This document shows, in pieces, positions 36,767-50,113 of a stretch of DNA of 64,000 bases (the stretch's first letter is position 1; each line of letters begins with the position of its first letter). This stretch comes from Octopus vulgaris. Taxonomy: Eukaryota. The stretch spans positions 63,860,001 to 63,924,000 of the forward strand of contig OX597818.1 of assembly GCA_951406725.2 (NCBI GenBank), read 5' to 3'. Below the pieces are notes generated by a model. That model was not told where the DNA came from. It made no database searches and saw only the letters and a list, made by a program, of their open reading frames with translations. The translations under genes and the position numbers were made by a program.

Positions 36767-38975
36767 CCCTGTGCAACACTCAAAAAAGTACAAGTGATCT
36801 GTGGCCATTTTTATATGCAAAAGGACATGGGAAATCCATTTGTGGTCTTCTTTTTGTTGAATTAGGCGTGGTTTCTACAGAATTGTCACTGTATACCATT
36901 TTTGTCATTATTATTATATAAAATTTTCTACTGCATTGTAAAATAGGTTTCAACCCCGGGTTAGAGACCAATCTTAGTAACACCTACAATGTGATTCAAA
37001 GCATGTGTTTAATGTTATTTTTTTATCTTTCAGATCTTATTCGTTTTCAACAATGAGCGCAAGACAGTGCAAAAATGATCCAAACAGATTCTGTTATGTC
37101 TGTTGGGAATTGACTTTTGCTAAAGAAAAGCACAGTATTACACGCCATATCAAGAAAATATACAAGGCGTACTTCAATTATTACTTAGGAGACCAGGATA
37201 AGTCATGGGATCCTCATGTGTTTTGCCTTACGTGTGTGAAGACATTGAGTGCCTGGTATGCAGGAAAAATATTCACATGAAGTTTGGTGTGCCAATGATT
37301 TGGTGTAAGCAGAAAGATCACTCTAATGATTGCTATTTCTGTCACCATGACTTTATAGGCTGTACTACAGCAAAGAAAAGGAAACAAATTGTTTACCCAA
37401 CTTTGCAATCAGCAATGCGCCCTGTAGAGCACTCAGAAAATGTACCTGTGCCCAAACCTCCAGATCAAGAAATGCAGAGTTCCAGCAGTGCTGATGAATA
37501 TTCCCGTGGTGAATGTGTGGAGCCCAATGATTCAGAAGGCGAGAATAAACCAATACCATTTTCTCAAGAGGCTCTAAATTACTTGAGCAGGAATCTCTAT
37601 TTAACCAAAGAGAAAAGTGAGTTTCTGGCATCAAGGCTTCAAGAACGTAATCTCCTTGAGAAAGGAGTGAAGATAACACTGTACAGAAAACATACAGAGG
37701 ATCTGCTTGCATTATTCGCCATGAAGGATGACTTATGCTTTTGTAATGACATCACTGAACTATTTGAGCAACTGGAAATACCATATGATGAAACCAACTG
37801 GCGACTTTTCATAGATCCATCCAAGGACAGCATCAAAGCTGTTCTGCTACACAATGGTAGCACTCTGCTTTCTGTTCCCATAGCTTATAGCACAACCATG
37901 AAAGAAACATATGAAAATCTGAAAGCAATTCTAACAAGCATACAGTATGATGACCATACCTGGCATATTTGTGCAGATTTTAAGGTTGTGGCCATGCTTA
38001 CTGGCCTTCAGCTTGGCTATACTAAATGTTGCTGCTTCCTGTGCTTACGAAATTTCAGAGCAAAAGCTGAAAATTATGTACGCTAGGATTGGCCGATCCA
38101 AGATGAAATTGAGCAAGGAAAACACATCATGCACAAACAACTTGTGGAAAGTGATAAAAAATTTTTAACACCTTTGCATATTAAACTTGGTTTGTTTAAG
38201 CAATTTGTGAAAGCCTTGGACAAGGAATCCTCTGCATTTGCATATCTTGCAGAAAAGTTCCCTTCCCTGAGTCAAAGTAAAATTAAAGGTTTCTTCTTAG
38301 GGCCCCAAATTCGAAAAATTGTACTTGATGAAACCTTCATCACACATCTCACGAGTAAAGAGAAGCTTGCCTTTGAGTCATTCAAGAAAGTTTGCGATAA
38401 CTTCCTGAGCAACCATCGTTCAGAAGACTATGTGCAAGTTGTGAATGATCTGCTGAGTCATTACCATGATATGTAACATGTCTCTAAATGTTCATGTGCT
38501 TCACTCTCATTTGGATTTTTTTGCGGAAAATCTTGGTGATGTGAGGGATGAACATGGCGAAAGATTCCATCAGGATATTTCAGTAATGGAGCGACAATTC
38601 AAAGGAAAGTGGAAACCTGGCATGTTGGCAGACTACTGCAGGGGTATAAAAAAAAAGATGACACTCCGCACAAGCAGCTTAGAAGGACAAAATTTGTTTA
38701 AACTGCTAGGTGTGTTTTTAATTCATAACCAATATATGTTTTGTTATACCAACTAATTTTTTTGTTTTGTTTCTCGTAACTTTCAGTATTTGCAATGTTG
38801 TGTTCAATACGCAACATTATGCCGTATATTATAAAACAAATGGTTCATGGTACAGGAAAACGGTGCCTAATCTGGAGAAATAAAGGTCAGAATCAGAATC
38901 AAGAAAATCTTTTGACCCAGAAACAAGTCTTACTTAACTTGTACTTTTTTTAAACCTGAAATTTGTTGCACAGTG
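36767..38975 (+). mobile_element. Full-length Chapaev3-like (CMC) DNA transposon
   Basis: TIRs CCCTGTGCAACA..AAAAAAGTACAAGT / ACTTGTACTTTTTT..TGTTGCACAGTG; 3-bp TTT on both flanks; transposase inside. Confidence 0.8.
37053..38690 (+). pseudogene. Chapaev3-like transposase, disrupted
   Basis: N-terminal Cys/His region CKNDPNRFCYVC..PHVFCLTC..DHSNDCYFC; WRLFID, ICADFKV, GYTKCCCFLC, PLHIKLGLFKQFVKAL, HVLHSHLDFF..DEHGERFHQDI; frameshift near 37265, stops at 38086 and 38476. Confidence 0.85.
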
Positions 38976-39070
38976 TTTTTGGCGAAGAATGAAACACATA
39001 ATGCAATACTACGATTTCCGTTACTCAAAACCATTAAATATATGAATAACGGTCGCATTATAATGAAAGA

Positions 39071-39186
<116 letters not shown>

Positions 39187-39189
39187 GTC

Positions 39190-39400
39190 TTCGTTTACTT
39201 GTTTCAGTCATTCGAATGCGGCCATGCTGGAGCGCCGCCTTTAGTCAAACAAATCGATCCCATGACTTATTGTTTGTTAGCCTAGTACTTATTCTAACCG
39301 ATAAGTTACAGGGACGTAATGACACCAGCTTCCGTTGTCAAGCGATGGTGGGAGAAACAGACTGACACACAAACATACATCTCCATATATATATATATAT
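39190..39400 (-). mobile_element. SINE family B 3' part
   Basis: TTACTTGTTTCAGTCATT..GGCCATGCTGGAGC. Confidence 0.75.
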
Positions 39401-40669
39401 ATGTGTATATATTATTTTTTTGCAGTTGTTATCAAGTGAGCACAACTTCCTATTGTGATGTTGGACATTGAGTGTACAGATTATATCTTAACATTCAAGA
39501 TTATATATATTAGGATCCTGCGATTAATCAGAAAATCTATTCGGTAAGGAACTTATTCTTAAAATGAAAATAACTTGAAAAAAAATAAAATAACACAAAC
39601 AATTCATCTGTCTAAATATCGTACTTTACTTTTGCTTAATGCAAAATGGAGTTTGTTTACTTTACCTTCGTTGTAAATGCAGGACACCAAACATTTTATA
39701 AATTCTCCAAATTGTTCATCATATTTCATTATATATTTCTGCTTATGAAAAACCTACTAATTTCATGTTAAATTAATCACCCGATAAGCAAGTTTGATTA
39801 TGCTTTAATATGATTGTGATGTTGAAAAATCAGAACCTTCGCATACATATGTCGTTTTTGTCGACATTTTCCCCCTTCGCACTTATATTAGCTTTTAACG
39901 ATAACTCTTCTATTCTTGAAAATATCAAATCTCCTCTGTGATAGTCACTAACAATTACTACTTCGGTATATATTTTCTTCAAACTAAAATAGAACATTTA
40001 ATGAATAACATGTTTTTATATGTGAATGATATTCAGTGTACCACCCTTCGGGTGATTTAACCACATTTCTGAGCTTGCTCTTCTCCATTTATTGCATTTC
40101 CTTCATTACATTTGAATAATATTAACATTCATTAAACCTATAAATAAAAAAATATAGCGACTTATCTTTTGATATGAAACATTAATTGAAAACATTTCTT
40201 GCAGATGAAATTTATAAAACTAAATTTTATCGCCAACAAACAACATATTTTTTGTGTCACACACTAAGTTTTCATATAAATTTGAATAAAATACTCATTT
40301 TTCTTTTCTCCAAATATAGTGGGAATGATTTTCATTGCATTCAAATATGTCAAAAGTTTTATTAAACAAGTTTCATGAGTCATGACCTTTATTTCCTTTC
40401 ACTGATCAGTAAGCATATTTTCGATGTAAATGCTAAGCGAGCTAATATTTACATACACGCACATATAGTATATAAGTGTATTTCTGCATGTGTGTAGGCT
40501 TGTGTGGTGCGTGTGTGCGTGTGTATATCTGTGTGTGGGAGAGAGAAAGAGAGAAAGAGAGAGTCAGCGTGTCTGTAAACATTGCGACGAAGATTACAAA
40601 GCTGAAACTTCGAAATGAAAGTCAACCTCTCCACGCAAGATTCAAATGAGAATCATCTGCTAAAAGTAT

Positions 40670-41082
40670 ACTCTTTTACTCTTTTACTTGTTTCAGTCAT
40701 TTGACTACGGCCATGCTGGAGCACCGCCTTTTAGTCGAGCAAATCGACCCCGGGGCTTATTCTTTGTAAGCCCAGTACTTATTCTATCGGTCTCTTTTGC
40801 CGAACCGCTAAGTGACGGGGACGTAAACACACCAGCATCGGTTGTCAATCAATGCTAGGGGGACAAACACAGACACACAAATACATACACACACACTTAT
40901 ATATATATACATATATACGACAGGCTTCTTTCAGTTTCCGTCTACCAAATCCACTCACAAGGCATTGGTCGGCCCGGGGCTATAGCAGAAGACACTTGCC
41001 CAAGATGCCACGCAGTGGGAATGAACCCGGAACCATGTGGTTGGTAAGCAAACTACTTACCACACAGCCACTCCTGCGCCTA
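40670..41082 (-). mobile_element. SINE family B, full length
   Basis: Minus-strand head AGGCGCAGGAGTGGCTGTGTGGTAAGTAG through tail AGTAAAAGAGTAAAAGAGT. Confidence 0.9.
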
Positions 41083-41726
41083 TGTGATATTGATAATTCT
41101 TCAGATTAATATAATTTTTTTGTATAACTGCATATGAAAATAACACCACTCGTTCTGTCTCTCTGTCACTCTCTCGCTCTATACATACATACGCACACAT
41201 ATTTATATATACACGCACATGCACACACAAATATATATGCTTCTAAAGTAGAAAATCACATGATTTGCTAAGAGAGTTTAAGATAATCTTAAAAGTAACC
41301 AGAAATCTTGTAATTACAGCTTCTCAAAGTTTCTTGCTCGTAATAACCATTTATTCCGTTTGTCAGTTGAGCAAATAACGTTTAAACGAGAGACGTTTGT
41401 AAAGAGGAAAACAAAAATGGAGACCACGAGGGAGATAAGGAATGTTACAATAATTCGATGTCAAGTAGACGTAAACCAGATGTCAATGGTTTACTCAGTG
41501 ACCGGTGATGTACTTTTAAATTCCGACAGGATGTATTTCGTTAAATTTGTACATGCACAATATATATCGTTCCTCCAAGTTACGTATTCGTTGCGGTTTC
41601 TCAAGATTTTTATTAGACACATTTTTTTTAATAGAACACCCTGACTAGCTTCCTTTTTGACCCGGTAATATAGGGTTTGGATTTTGAGAAGATTTCTCTT
41701 TAGCTTCGAAACTTGCAGATGTAGAA

Positions 41727-42052
41727 GTGCTTCTTGATAACCAAACCAAAAAGAATTACATTGGGTTATGCGAAGGTCGCTTCAAACGTCGATATACTAA
41801 CCACTTATCATTTGTCATGGACAAAATTAATGTTATTGCGTTGGTTATCCACGTATGGGGCTTGAAAATGAACTCCACGCCTTATACAATCAAGTGCAAA
41901 ATCACAGAAACATCCATGTCATATGTTAAGGAATCAAAGAAATGCAAGTTATACGTAGTCGAAAGATCGCATATCACTGTAGATCTAAGAATTCCACCGC
42001 ACAGCTGAATTCCAAATCATAAATTTTCAGCGAATGCAAATATGTGACCTAG
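41727..42052 (+). pseudogene. GIY-YIG endonuclease remnant of a Nematis-like Penelope element
   Basis: YIGLCEGRFKRRYTNH.SF..HVWGLK..Y..SKKCKL..E, then shifted frame QLNSKS*IFSECKY, matching the C.LC..E..LN.RSE....CRH type C-terminus. Confidence 0.7.
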
Positions 42053-42358
42053 TTTAGTTTGGTGGTTTCGAAAAAAAAACCTCTCTCAGGGTTAAGCAGC
42101 TGTATCATAGAGGTTATTCTTCTTCCGTTGATTCTACTCTAACTAGCGTTACGTCTCTACGGTAATACGTGACATAATTGTTCTTTTTCCTATTTTATTT
42201 CTTATTTTTGATTTTGTTTCACATTCTAATTCTTTAACTCATCTGCATCTCGTTCGTTTTTCTTGTTGTATAGTCCAGATTTGTAACTCTAAATACTAAA
42301 CATGTTTTAAAGCCGATTCCTTCTACATTTTTCTCCTTTTTCTCCCTCTCTCTCTCTC

Positions 42359-42436
<78 letters not shown>

Positions 42437-43054
42437 CGACTTGCTTCTTTCAATTTCCGTCTACCACATCCACTTACAACGCTTTCGTCGACATGTGATT
42501 ATGGAAGACCTTTACCCAAGGTGCCACGCAATGGGACTGAACCGAAAAACAAGTGGTTGGGAAGCAAGCTTCATACCACACAGTAACGCCTGTATAATAT
42601 CCTACCTATATCACACATTCACTTCATCGGGAGTATATCTTCTTTATGGTATTCATTTTCAACATCAATATATTTTGATTTTTCATAATAAAAGCGAATA
42701 TTTCAAATAATATTTGTTTCGGAGATTTAGTATTTTTCTTTTAATTTTACCCATATATTCCTCATGTTTAATTGTGCCATGTTTCTCTGCAAACGAAACC
42801 TTTTCATATTCCTTCCGTCTTCAAGTATCCTTCTTTCCACTGGATCTCTAAGTTGAGGAGGAATCATTAGAGGAATGCTATTCAAATAGTATTGTACCTG
42901 TTAGCTTTACTTGATACTGAAGGTTTTACTAAATATGTTGACGCTGACTTTTCTATAGATGACTTTCGTGTAAAGTTCAGATGAGCAACAATACACTTAT
43001 TTTCCACACATAGCGGGATCCAGGTTCTGATCTGTTTCTGCGATTCCTACTTAC

Positions 43055-43102
43055 GAATGATGTGTTGGCTAGCCTCAACCGCGTTTTAGAATCGCAGGAA
43101 TT
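43055..43102 (-). CDS. Candidate 48-bp exon NSCDSKTRLRLANTSF, product unknown
   Basis: Strong acceptor TTTTTTACAG and donor GTAAGT; only one frame open; length divisible by 3. Confidence 0.3.
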
Positions 43103-43544
43103 CTGTAAAAAACATATTTCAAGTGTTTTTTGATGATTCGTCCTAATTAAACTCCGAATGCATTCGGGATAACTAATCAGAGAGCCAAGCAACCATATTT
43201 ATTAAACGTACTTTGCTTTACGTTCTTTTCTGAAAATTATATGCAAATAAGCGATCTAGCGGCGGCGTGAGTATATGAAATTTTCATTTATCATTAATTC
43301 ATAAATGTGAAATCATTTGGAAACTGTGAAATGAAGGCACATTTCATATCCCTCCGCATTTAAAAATATTCTTGAAATATCCAGCTTTTCTTGCTTCATT
43401 TTGTTAAAGAATGCTTTCCATCTTCCCAAACAAAATCGGCAAACGTTTCAACAATTGATATTGTTCCACATTTTATATGCTGTATTCGAAACCACTGAGT
43501 CAAACGTTAGAAAATATTGATTGAACCTATACGTAACTTAGTAT

Positions 43545-43858
43545 GATGCGATGTGGGATCACGGTTTCGATTCCCAGACACTGCGTTGTGAGAATTTATT
43601 GAGCGAAAAAACCTAAAGCTCCACTATGTTCCCGCAGGGAGTGGGGGGGGGATGTGAACATTGCTATATTCTTTCACCAAGACTTTCATTATTTCTTCCT
43701 GTTTCTGTTGTACCTGTATTCCAAAGGGCCAACCTTGCCTTATACAGTGTCAGGCTGCATCTCCCCGAGAAATACGTTAAGGGTACACCTGTCTGTGGAG
43801 TGCTCAGCCACTTGTACGAGTAGGGTGTTCCGTTGATCGGATCAACTGGAACCGACGG
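43545..43858 (+). mobile_element. SINE family C, 5'-truncated
   Basis: GGTTTCGATTCCCAGAC B box; body homologous to 53088-53460. Confidence 0.8.
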
Positions 43859-44679
43859 ATTTGTATGAAGGTGATGCGAAACAATATTTAAGAAATAACG
43901 CTTAACATTTTTGCTGTACCGTATTCTGATTCATCTGATGGTAAAACGGAAAAGAGCAAGAATCGCATTCGAAGGATAAGCGAAACAAAGAAAACAAAAA
44001 AAAAAGGATTATGTAATAATTATATGATACATCATCGTGATTAACGAAAGAGGTTCATATTAGAAGTCGAGCGAAAAGTAAATATTTCATCAACAGCAAA
44101 ACAAAAATTACGAAGGATTCTTGTTGAAATATAATAGTACATGGATCTTTATGAAAGCTGAGTGGTATTAATTACATCCTATCAGAGATAATAGATTTAG
44201 AATTCATGATTTTGAAAGTATTTATTACGTTGGCAGAGAATATCAAATCAATGCGTTGTAAATTGTACAATGTTGCTGTAATTAAACGAGAATACAACAC
44301 TTCATTGGGGTGAAAAGCTCATGTAAATATTGATAATACTGTTGTACACGAATCTATTTAACTTCCATTATGTATTTGGTAAATGAAGTCTTTTGTTAAA
44401 ATAAATAATGGTGAATAATTTCAAATTAATTTAGCATTATCACTATCCTAATTAATTAACTTTTACTTGCCTATTACTTGCTCATTTTTTTTGGATGACT
44501 CTTTATTATTTTGAAATGCAGGAAAACTGCGCAGTGGGATTGTCATGCTTATACATACGTACGTTTATGTGCGCCTGTATGTGAATGTGATTATGTGCGA
44601 GTATGTAAATGCATGGATTTGGGGGGTCTTTAGGCATGCACACATATACCAACATGCAGATATGTGCATACATACGTAC

Positions 44680-44754
<75 letters not shown>

Positions 44755-44878
44755 TATATATATATACATACAATATGTAGAGATACATATAATTTTATAC
44801 ATACCAATAGGTATATAGGTGTATATATTTATGCATGCATATATAAATATATCTCTCTCTTTCTCTCTCTCTTTCTCA

Positions 44879-44917
<39 letters not shown>

Positions 44918-46043
44918 CAGACAGACAGACAGACACACACATATACGGGTGGGTATACAGATAACACATAAAACTATATCTAAATCCATATATATACAAA
45001 TACACACATACCTGTGTGCGTGTGTGTGTGTGAGTGAGAGTGAGAGAGACAGTGTGTATGTGTGTGTGAGTGTTTGAGCGTGTGTATGTGTGTGTGTGCG
45101 TGTTTGGTTTGTGTGCATCAGTACGTGTGCATGTCATATTCCTTCGTCATATAACCTGTTCATCTTTCACTTCTGAGTTTAGGAAAATATTGTGAAAACA
45201 CAATTCTTATTCTTTTTTTCTCATAAATGAAATGTTTTGTTATACAATTTGTGTTTTTGCTGAATTTTGTATTTTATATCTACACCATTGAATGCTATCG
45301 ATGTATATTGAGTTACTTGTGCAACGCAGCACCCGACAGAAAACATAAAAAAAGGCAGCATTGACACTCACTGCAGAATTAATTATGTTGAATTTCTTTG
45401 AAAGGGAAGCCTTGATTAATTTTCACTGAATAATTATATTGCATACACATAAAAAAAAATGTTTTAAACCCGTAAGCAACAGAAACAATAAATGTGAGTT
45501 TCCATTGTTCCAAAGTGAGGTGCGATAATATAAATTTCTGTCAATAATAATGTAGAAATAATACGAAATAAAACATCTGCGTATAGTTAAGACTATAGAA
45601 AATTAGTGTGTGTTTTGTCAACGTATTGTAAGTCAATTAATAGCAATTTTGAAGGGAAAATAATTTCTCTATAGTTCACGTCGCAAATGAAATAAACTAA
45701 GACAATACACTTTGTGATGTGTCAATATAAGTGCTCCTGTCTTAGTTACTTCAGAGTTATGATAACATTGAACAATGTATGTAAGTATTTATGTATGTGT
45801 GTGTGTGTGTCTGTGTGTGTGTGTGTGTGAGCACGTGCATTGAAACTGTCATTCATATTAGAGTAAAGAAAGAGCTACACAAATACAGGTAGTATCAAAT
45901 AATACACTACTTTAAAAAGTTTCATTAAGAAAGGCAGATAAACTCTAGCTTCAAGAATTTTTCGATGTTCCCATGCCATCAAGTATGTACACAAACCTCT
46001 CTTTCTCTCTCTCTCTCTCTCTCTCCATATATATATATATATA

Positions 46044-46256
46044 CAAATACGTTGTGACCGCGTGTGTACCGTTGGCGATTTTTTTCCTCTGTCTTCCATT
46101 CTCTGGATCTTCCCTTCTATGTTTCCGACGAAGAGCTCCGCTCGAAACGTTAAACCCTCCTTCTTTCCTTCTTTCCTGAGCGTCCAATAATACTATACTT
46201 GTTCCACGTCCTCGCGTTGTTGTGTTTTTTTGTGCTTTCATGTTTGGATTAACTTT
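46044..46256 (+). mobile_element. Solo 3' end of a sister Neptune-like family, within (TA)n
   Basis: Colinear with the 26241 pLTR end: GAAGAGC..GCTCGAAACGTTAAA..TTTCCTGAGCG..AATAC..TTCCAC..TTTCAT, then (TA)n. Confidence 0.7.
46121..46155 (+). ncRNA. Minimal hammerhead motif (U4C core variant)
   Basis: GTTT-CCGACGAA-GAGC-TCC-GCTC-GAAA-CGTT-AAAC. Confidence 0.6.
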
Positions 46257-46426
46257 ATATATATATATATATATACTTATTTGATACCACCTGTATTTGT
46301 GTAGCACTTTCTTTACTCTAATATGAATGGCCACAGCTCATGAGCTGAAACTAGAATCAATCAATCAATCAATACACACACATATATATACATACATATA
46401 TATAGTTACATGCATATATGTATATA

Positions 46427-46491
<65 letters not shown>

Positions 46492-46969
46492 GCATATATA
46501 TACATGCATGCATATATATATTTTGTTTTACCAAAGCATTCAATTCATGATGTCGAATAACTGATTTTAGTCTCCCTCTTGGTTCATTTGTAAGGCTTTC
46601 ATTTCTCGAACGAAATCTTTGGAACCATCTCTAAGCAGTTCTAATGTCAAAAGAATCGTTACCTAAAGCTCGCTTTATGTTTCTCAGAGAGTCGCTGGCA
46701 GGGTCACCCAACTTCTATACGTATAAGGAAATCACTTGGTATTCTTCAGTTGTCAATATTGTAAGTAGAAATTTTCAATAACAGTATTGTCTAGAAAGAA
46801 AATAAGAGTTAAGAGTAAACACAAGCCTGTACATAGAGACACATTGAAAATTTATTTATGGATGACTCATAAGAAACCCATTTAAAATTTGTCAACCTAA
46901 TACAATTAGTATTTACAAAGCCTGTGCTGGTAACGGACACAACGTTGTTAATAACTTATGTCATATGTT

Positions 46970-47297
46970 GTGGAGGCAGATGGGCTTGTGGTGGAGGCAC
47001 ATGGCCTGGTGGTTAGAGCAGTGGAATTGCGGTCGTTGTCTCGCGGTTTCAAATCTCAGACCGGGTGATGTGTATGGTTATGAGTAAAACATCTAAGCTC
47101 CACGAGTCTACGGCAGAAGGTAATGGCGAACTTCTGCTGACTCTTTCGCCACAAATTTCTCTAACTCTTTCCTCATGCATCTTGCAGCTCACCTGCGACG
47201 GACCGGCGTCTCGTCTATGTGGGGAACCTATACGCTAAGGAAACCGGGAAACCGGCCCTTATGAGCCAAAGGTGATTCGAAAAGGAACAAACAACAA
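46970..47297 (+). mobile_element. SINE family D with 10-bp TSD
   Basis: TSD GTCATATGTT at 46960-46969 and 47298-47307; tRNA head (partly duplicated); (AAC)n tail; homologous to 56553-56857. Confidence 0.85.
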
Positions 47298-47894
47298 GTC
47301 ATATGTTACTCTTTTTTCTGCTCCGGTCTTCTGTGAGTTAACAGCAATTTATATCAGGTGTCATTTATAGTTAATTTTAGTATTCTCCGAGGTTTAATTT
47401 CCCAGCGGAAAATTTATACCGCTTCCATTCTGAGACGCACAGTAATTAAACTGTAAATTACGGTAATGCTTTTATTGATAAATAATTGCACAGAAATATC
47501 ATTGTTTTTCATATGGTTATAGGTTTTTCACTGCTGTTTTTCCCTTTTTTCAAATACTATTTTTCTCATTGAGGGTGATGTTGAAGACACTCTTTTAGAT
47601 GTCGACTAAAATTCTGTGTACTAAACGCCAAGTGAGCAGAAAGTCCACCTTCACATTCATTCCATGACAACAATTATCACGGTAGGTTTCAGCAATATTG
47701 AAGTATGTGCTTGTAATCGATTTTAACGACAGAGGGATTAACTTTAACACACTTCACAAATAAGTCTATTTGGACACACGTTAATAATAAGAATACAATA
47801 TATTAGAAATTCGCACATTTATGAAGTGATTGCATGTTACACAGGCACACACACAGATACACACACACACACATATATATATATAAATATAAGT

Positions 47895-48065
47895 ATATGA
47901 AAGAATGGAGTTGAACGACTAGTTAACAAATATCCTTTATTCTCGACATATGTTTCGAGGGACGTTGCTTCAACCGTGTTCTTTCTGATGTGAATTTGCT
48001 ACCCAGGTATCGGTTATCTTTCGAATTATCCTTAATAAGATAATTCATTCAACTACTCAATATTA

Positions 48066-48096
<31 letters not shown>

Positions 48097-48322
48097 GAAA
48101 GAGAGAGGCAGATAGAGAGAGAGATATTGAGAGATAGATAGATAGATAGGTAGATAGATGTACATATAAAGGATACAAGTTTTCCACAAGGCAAAAATAT
48201 CCTATATACGTACATACACACAAACGTAACTATTTGTATACATATATGTGCGAGTGTATGTGTGTGTGCGCCCGTGCGTCTGCGCGTGTATATGCATATT
48301 CATGTGTGTGTGCATGTAAATT

Positions 48323-48387
<65 letters not shown>

Positions 48388-48598
48388 GAATGGAGTCGAA
48401 CGACGATTTTGTTAAATCGTCGTTCGACTCCTTTCTTTCATTTATCTATAGTAAAAAAAACACACAAATTTCCACACGAATGCACGTAATTTCTGCATTT
48501 GGCATGTAGCATCAACCGTGCTTTCTGACGTAAATTTGCTACCCGGGTATCGGTTAACCGAATTATCCATACTAGGATAATTCATTCAACTACTTAAA
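47895..48598 (-). mobile_element. Two related short inserts in (TA)n (47895-48060, 48382-48598), probable Penelope-like 3' ends
   Basis: Shared ATGAAAGAATGGAGT.GAACGAC and AATTTGCTACCC.GGTATCGGTTA..GATAATTCATTCAACTACT; the first has minus-strand GAAACATATGTCGAG-AATAAA. Confidence 0.5.
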
Positions 48599-49717
48599 CA
48601 TATATATATGTATGTATGTACATAATAAATGTATATATTTCCAAACCAGTTACGCTCCTGTATTTGCGCATAAATCCTGGCGCCTACTCTCTGCTTATCA
48701 CAGCCCAATGAACACCATTCTTACCTGTTTTTATTCCTATCATTAGGTGGAAACCCTCTGTTCAATGCCATTACTCTGGCTTTCTTTGTTGTGAAGGGCT
48801 AATCTACTGGCCCCATTCCAAAATATCAAAATGGAAAGGTATATAAGTGCATTTGTATATGTATTTATGCAAGCGTGTTTGTGTATGTTTGCTTATATAT
48901 TTGTGCGTGTGTATGTGTGTACGTTTGCGTCTGTGCGCATATATCTGTATATCTATCTATCTATGCATTCATAAAGACATGTACATATGCTTGTACTAAT
49001 AAATGTATATGGTTCTATTTATGCGTATGCACATGTACATGACTACATATAAAAGCGCTGTTGAGCACGCGCTTCTCTGTACTAATAATGAAGGTGTGGA
49101 TAAATAGAGGTGTGTTGATAATTTACATAAGAGACATGTAATTATATTTCAGTCATGATTTAATTTGTAATAAGCAAAATTATTTCTGTAATATAAATTA
49201 ACTTAGTTGTTTTCTGAAATTGTATTTCATTTTTTAATATTTTTTTCCTTTATCAACTCATTGATTATAAAATTGTATTTCATTTTTAAAGATTTATGTT
49301 TCTAATTTAGTGAATATATTTGTTATTTTATATGTTTCCATATTTAAATTTATTGTTTCAACACTACAGATGTAAATATAATTGTTTACTGTTTTCCATT
49401 TCCATCCATAAATTTTAGAGAACAATAAATATTTTCAAGCATTTATGTATTTATATGTAAGGTCATCGTTAATATACAAGCAGCACAATTGCGGGAATAA
49501 TAGCATTGCTCTCACGTTTATAAATATATAATTGTGTAGGGAAACCTAAATTTAAATTAACTTGTGATAAAGTAAATTTAGTTTAAATATATCACAGTCT
49601 TCTATCATGTACTCAGTAAAATGATAGAAAATTATATGTAATCTAAAACACAATATTAGGTTTGCCACGAGCATATATTCGAAAGAAAATATATTATATT
49701 ATTATGATAATGAGATT

Positions 49718-50113
49718 TAAGATGGCGAGCTCACAGAAACGTTCGCGCGCCGGGCGAAATGGTTAACGGTATTTCGTCTGCCGCTACGTTGTGAGTTCAA
49801 ATTCCGCCAAGGTCGACTTTGCCTTTCATCCTTTCGGGGTCGATTAAATAAGTACCAGTTATTAATCGACTTAATCCGTTTGTCTGTCCTTGTTTGTCCT
49901 CTCTGTGTTTAGCCCCTTGTGGGTAATAAAGAAATAGGTATTTCGTCGGTCGTTACGTTCTGAGATCAAATTCCGCCGAGGTCGACTTTGCCATTCATCC
50001 TTTCGATAAATTAAGTACCAGGTTCGCACTGAGGTCGATATAATCGACTTAATGCCTTTGTCTCTCCTTGTTTGTCCCCTCTATTTTAACTCCTTGTGGG
50101 CAGTAAAGAAATA
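49718..50113 (+). mobile_element. SINE family A, two body units; a further degenerate copy at 50245-50415
   Basis: Family A motifs repeated. Confidence 0.85.
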
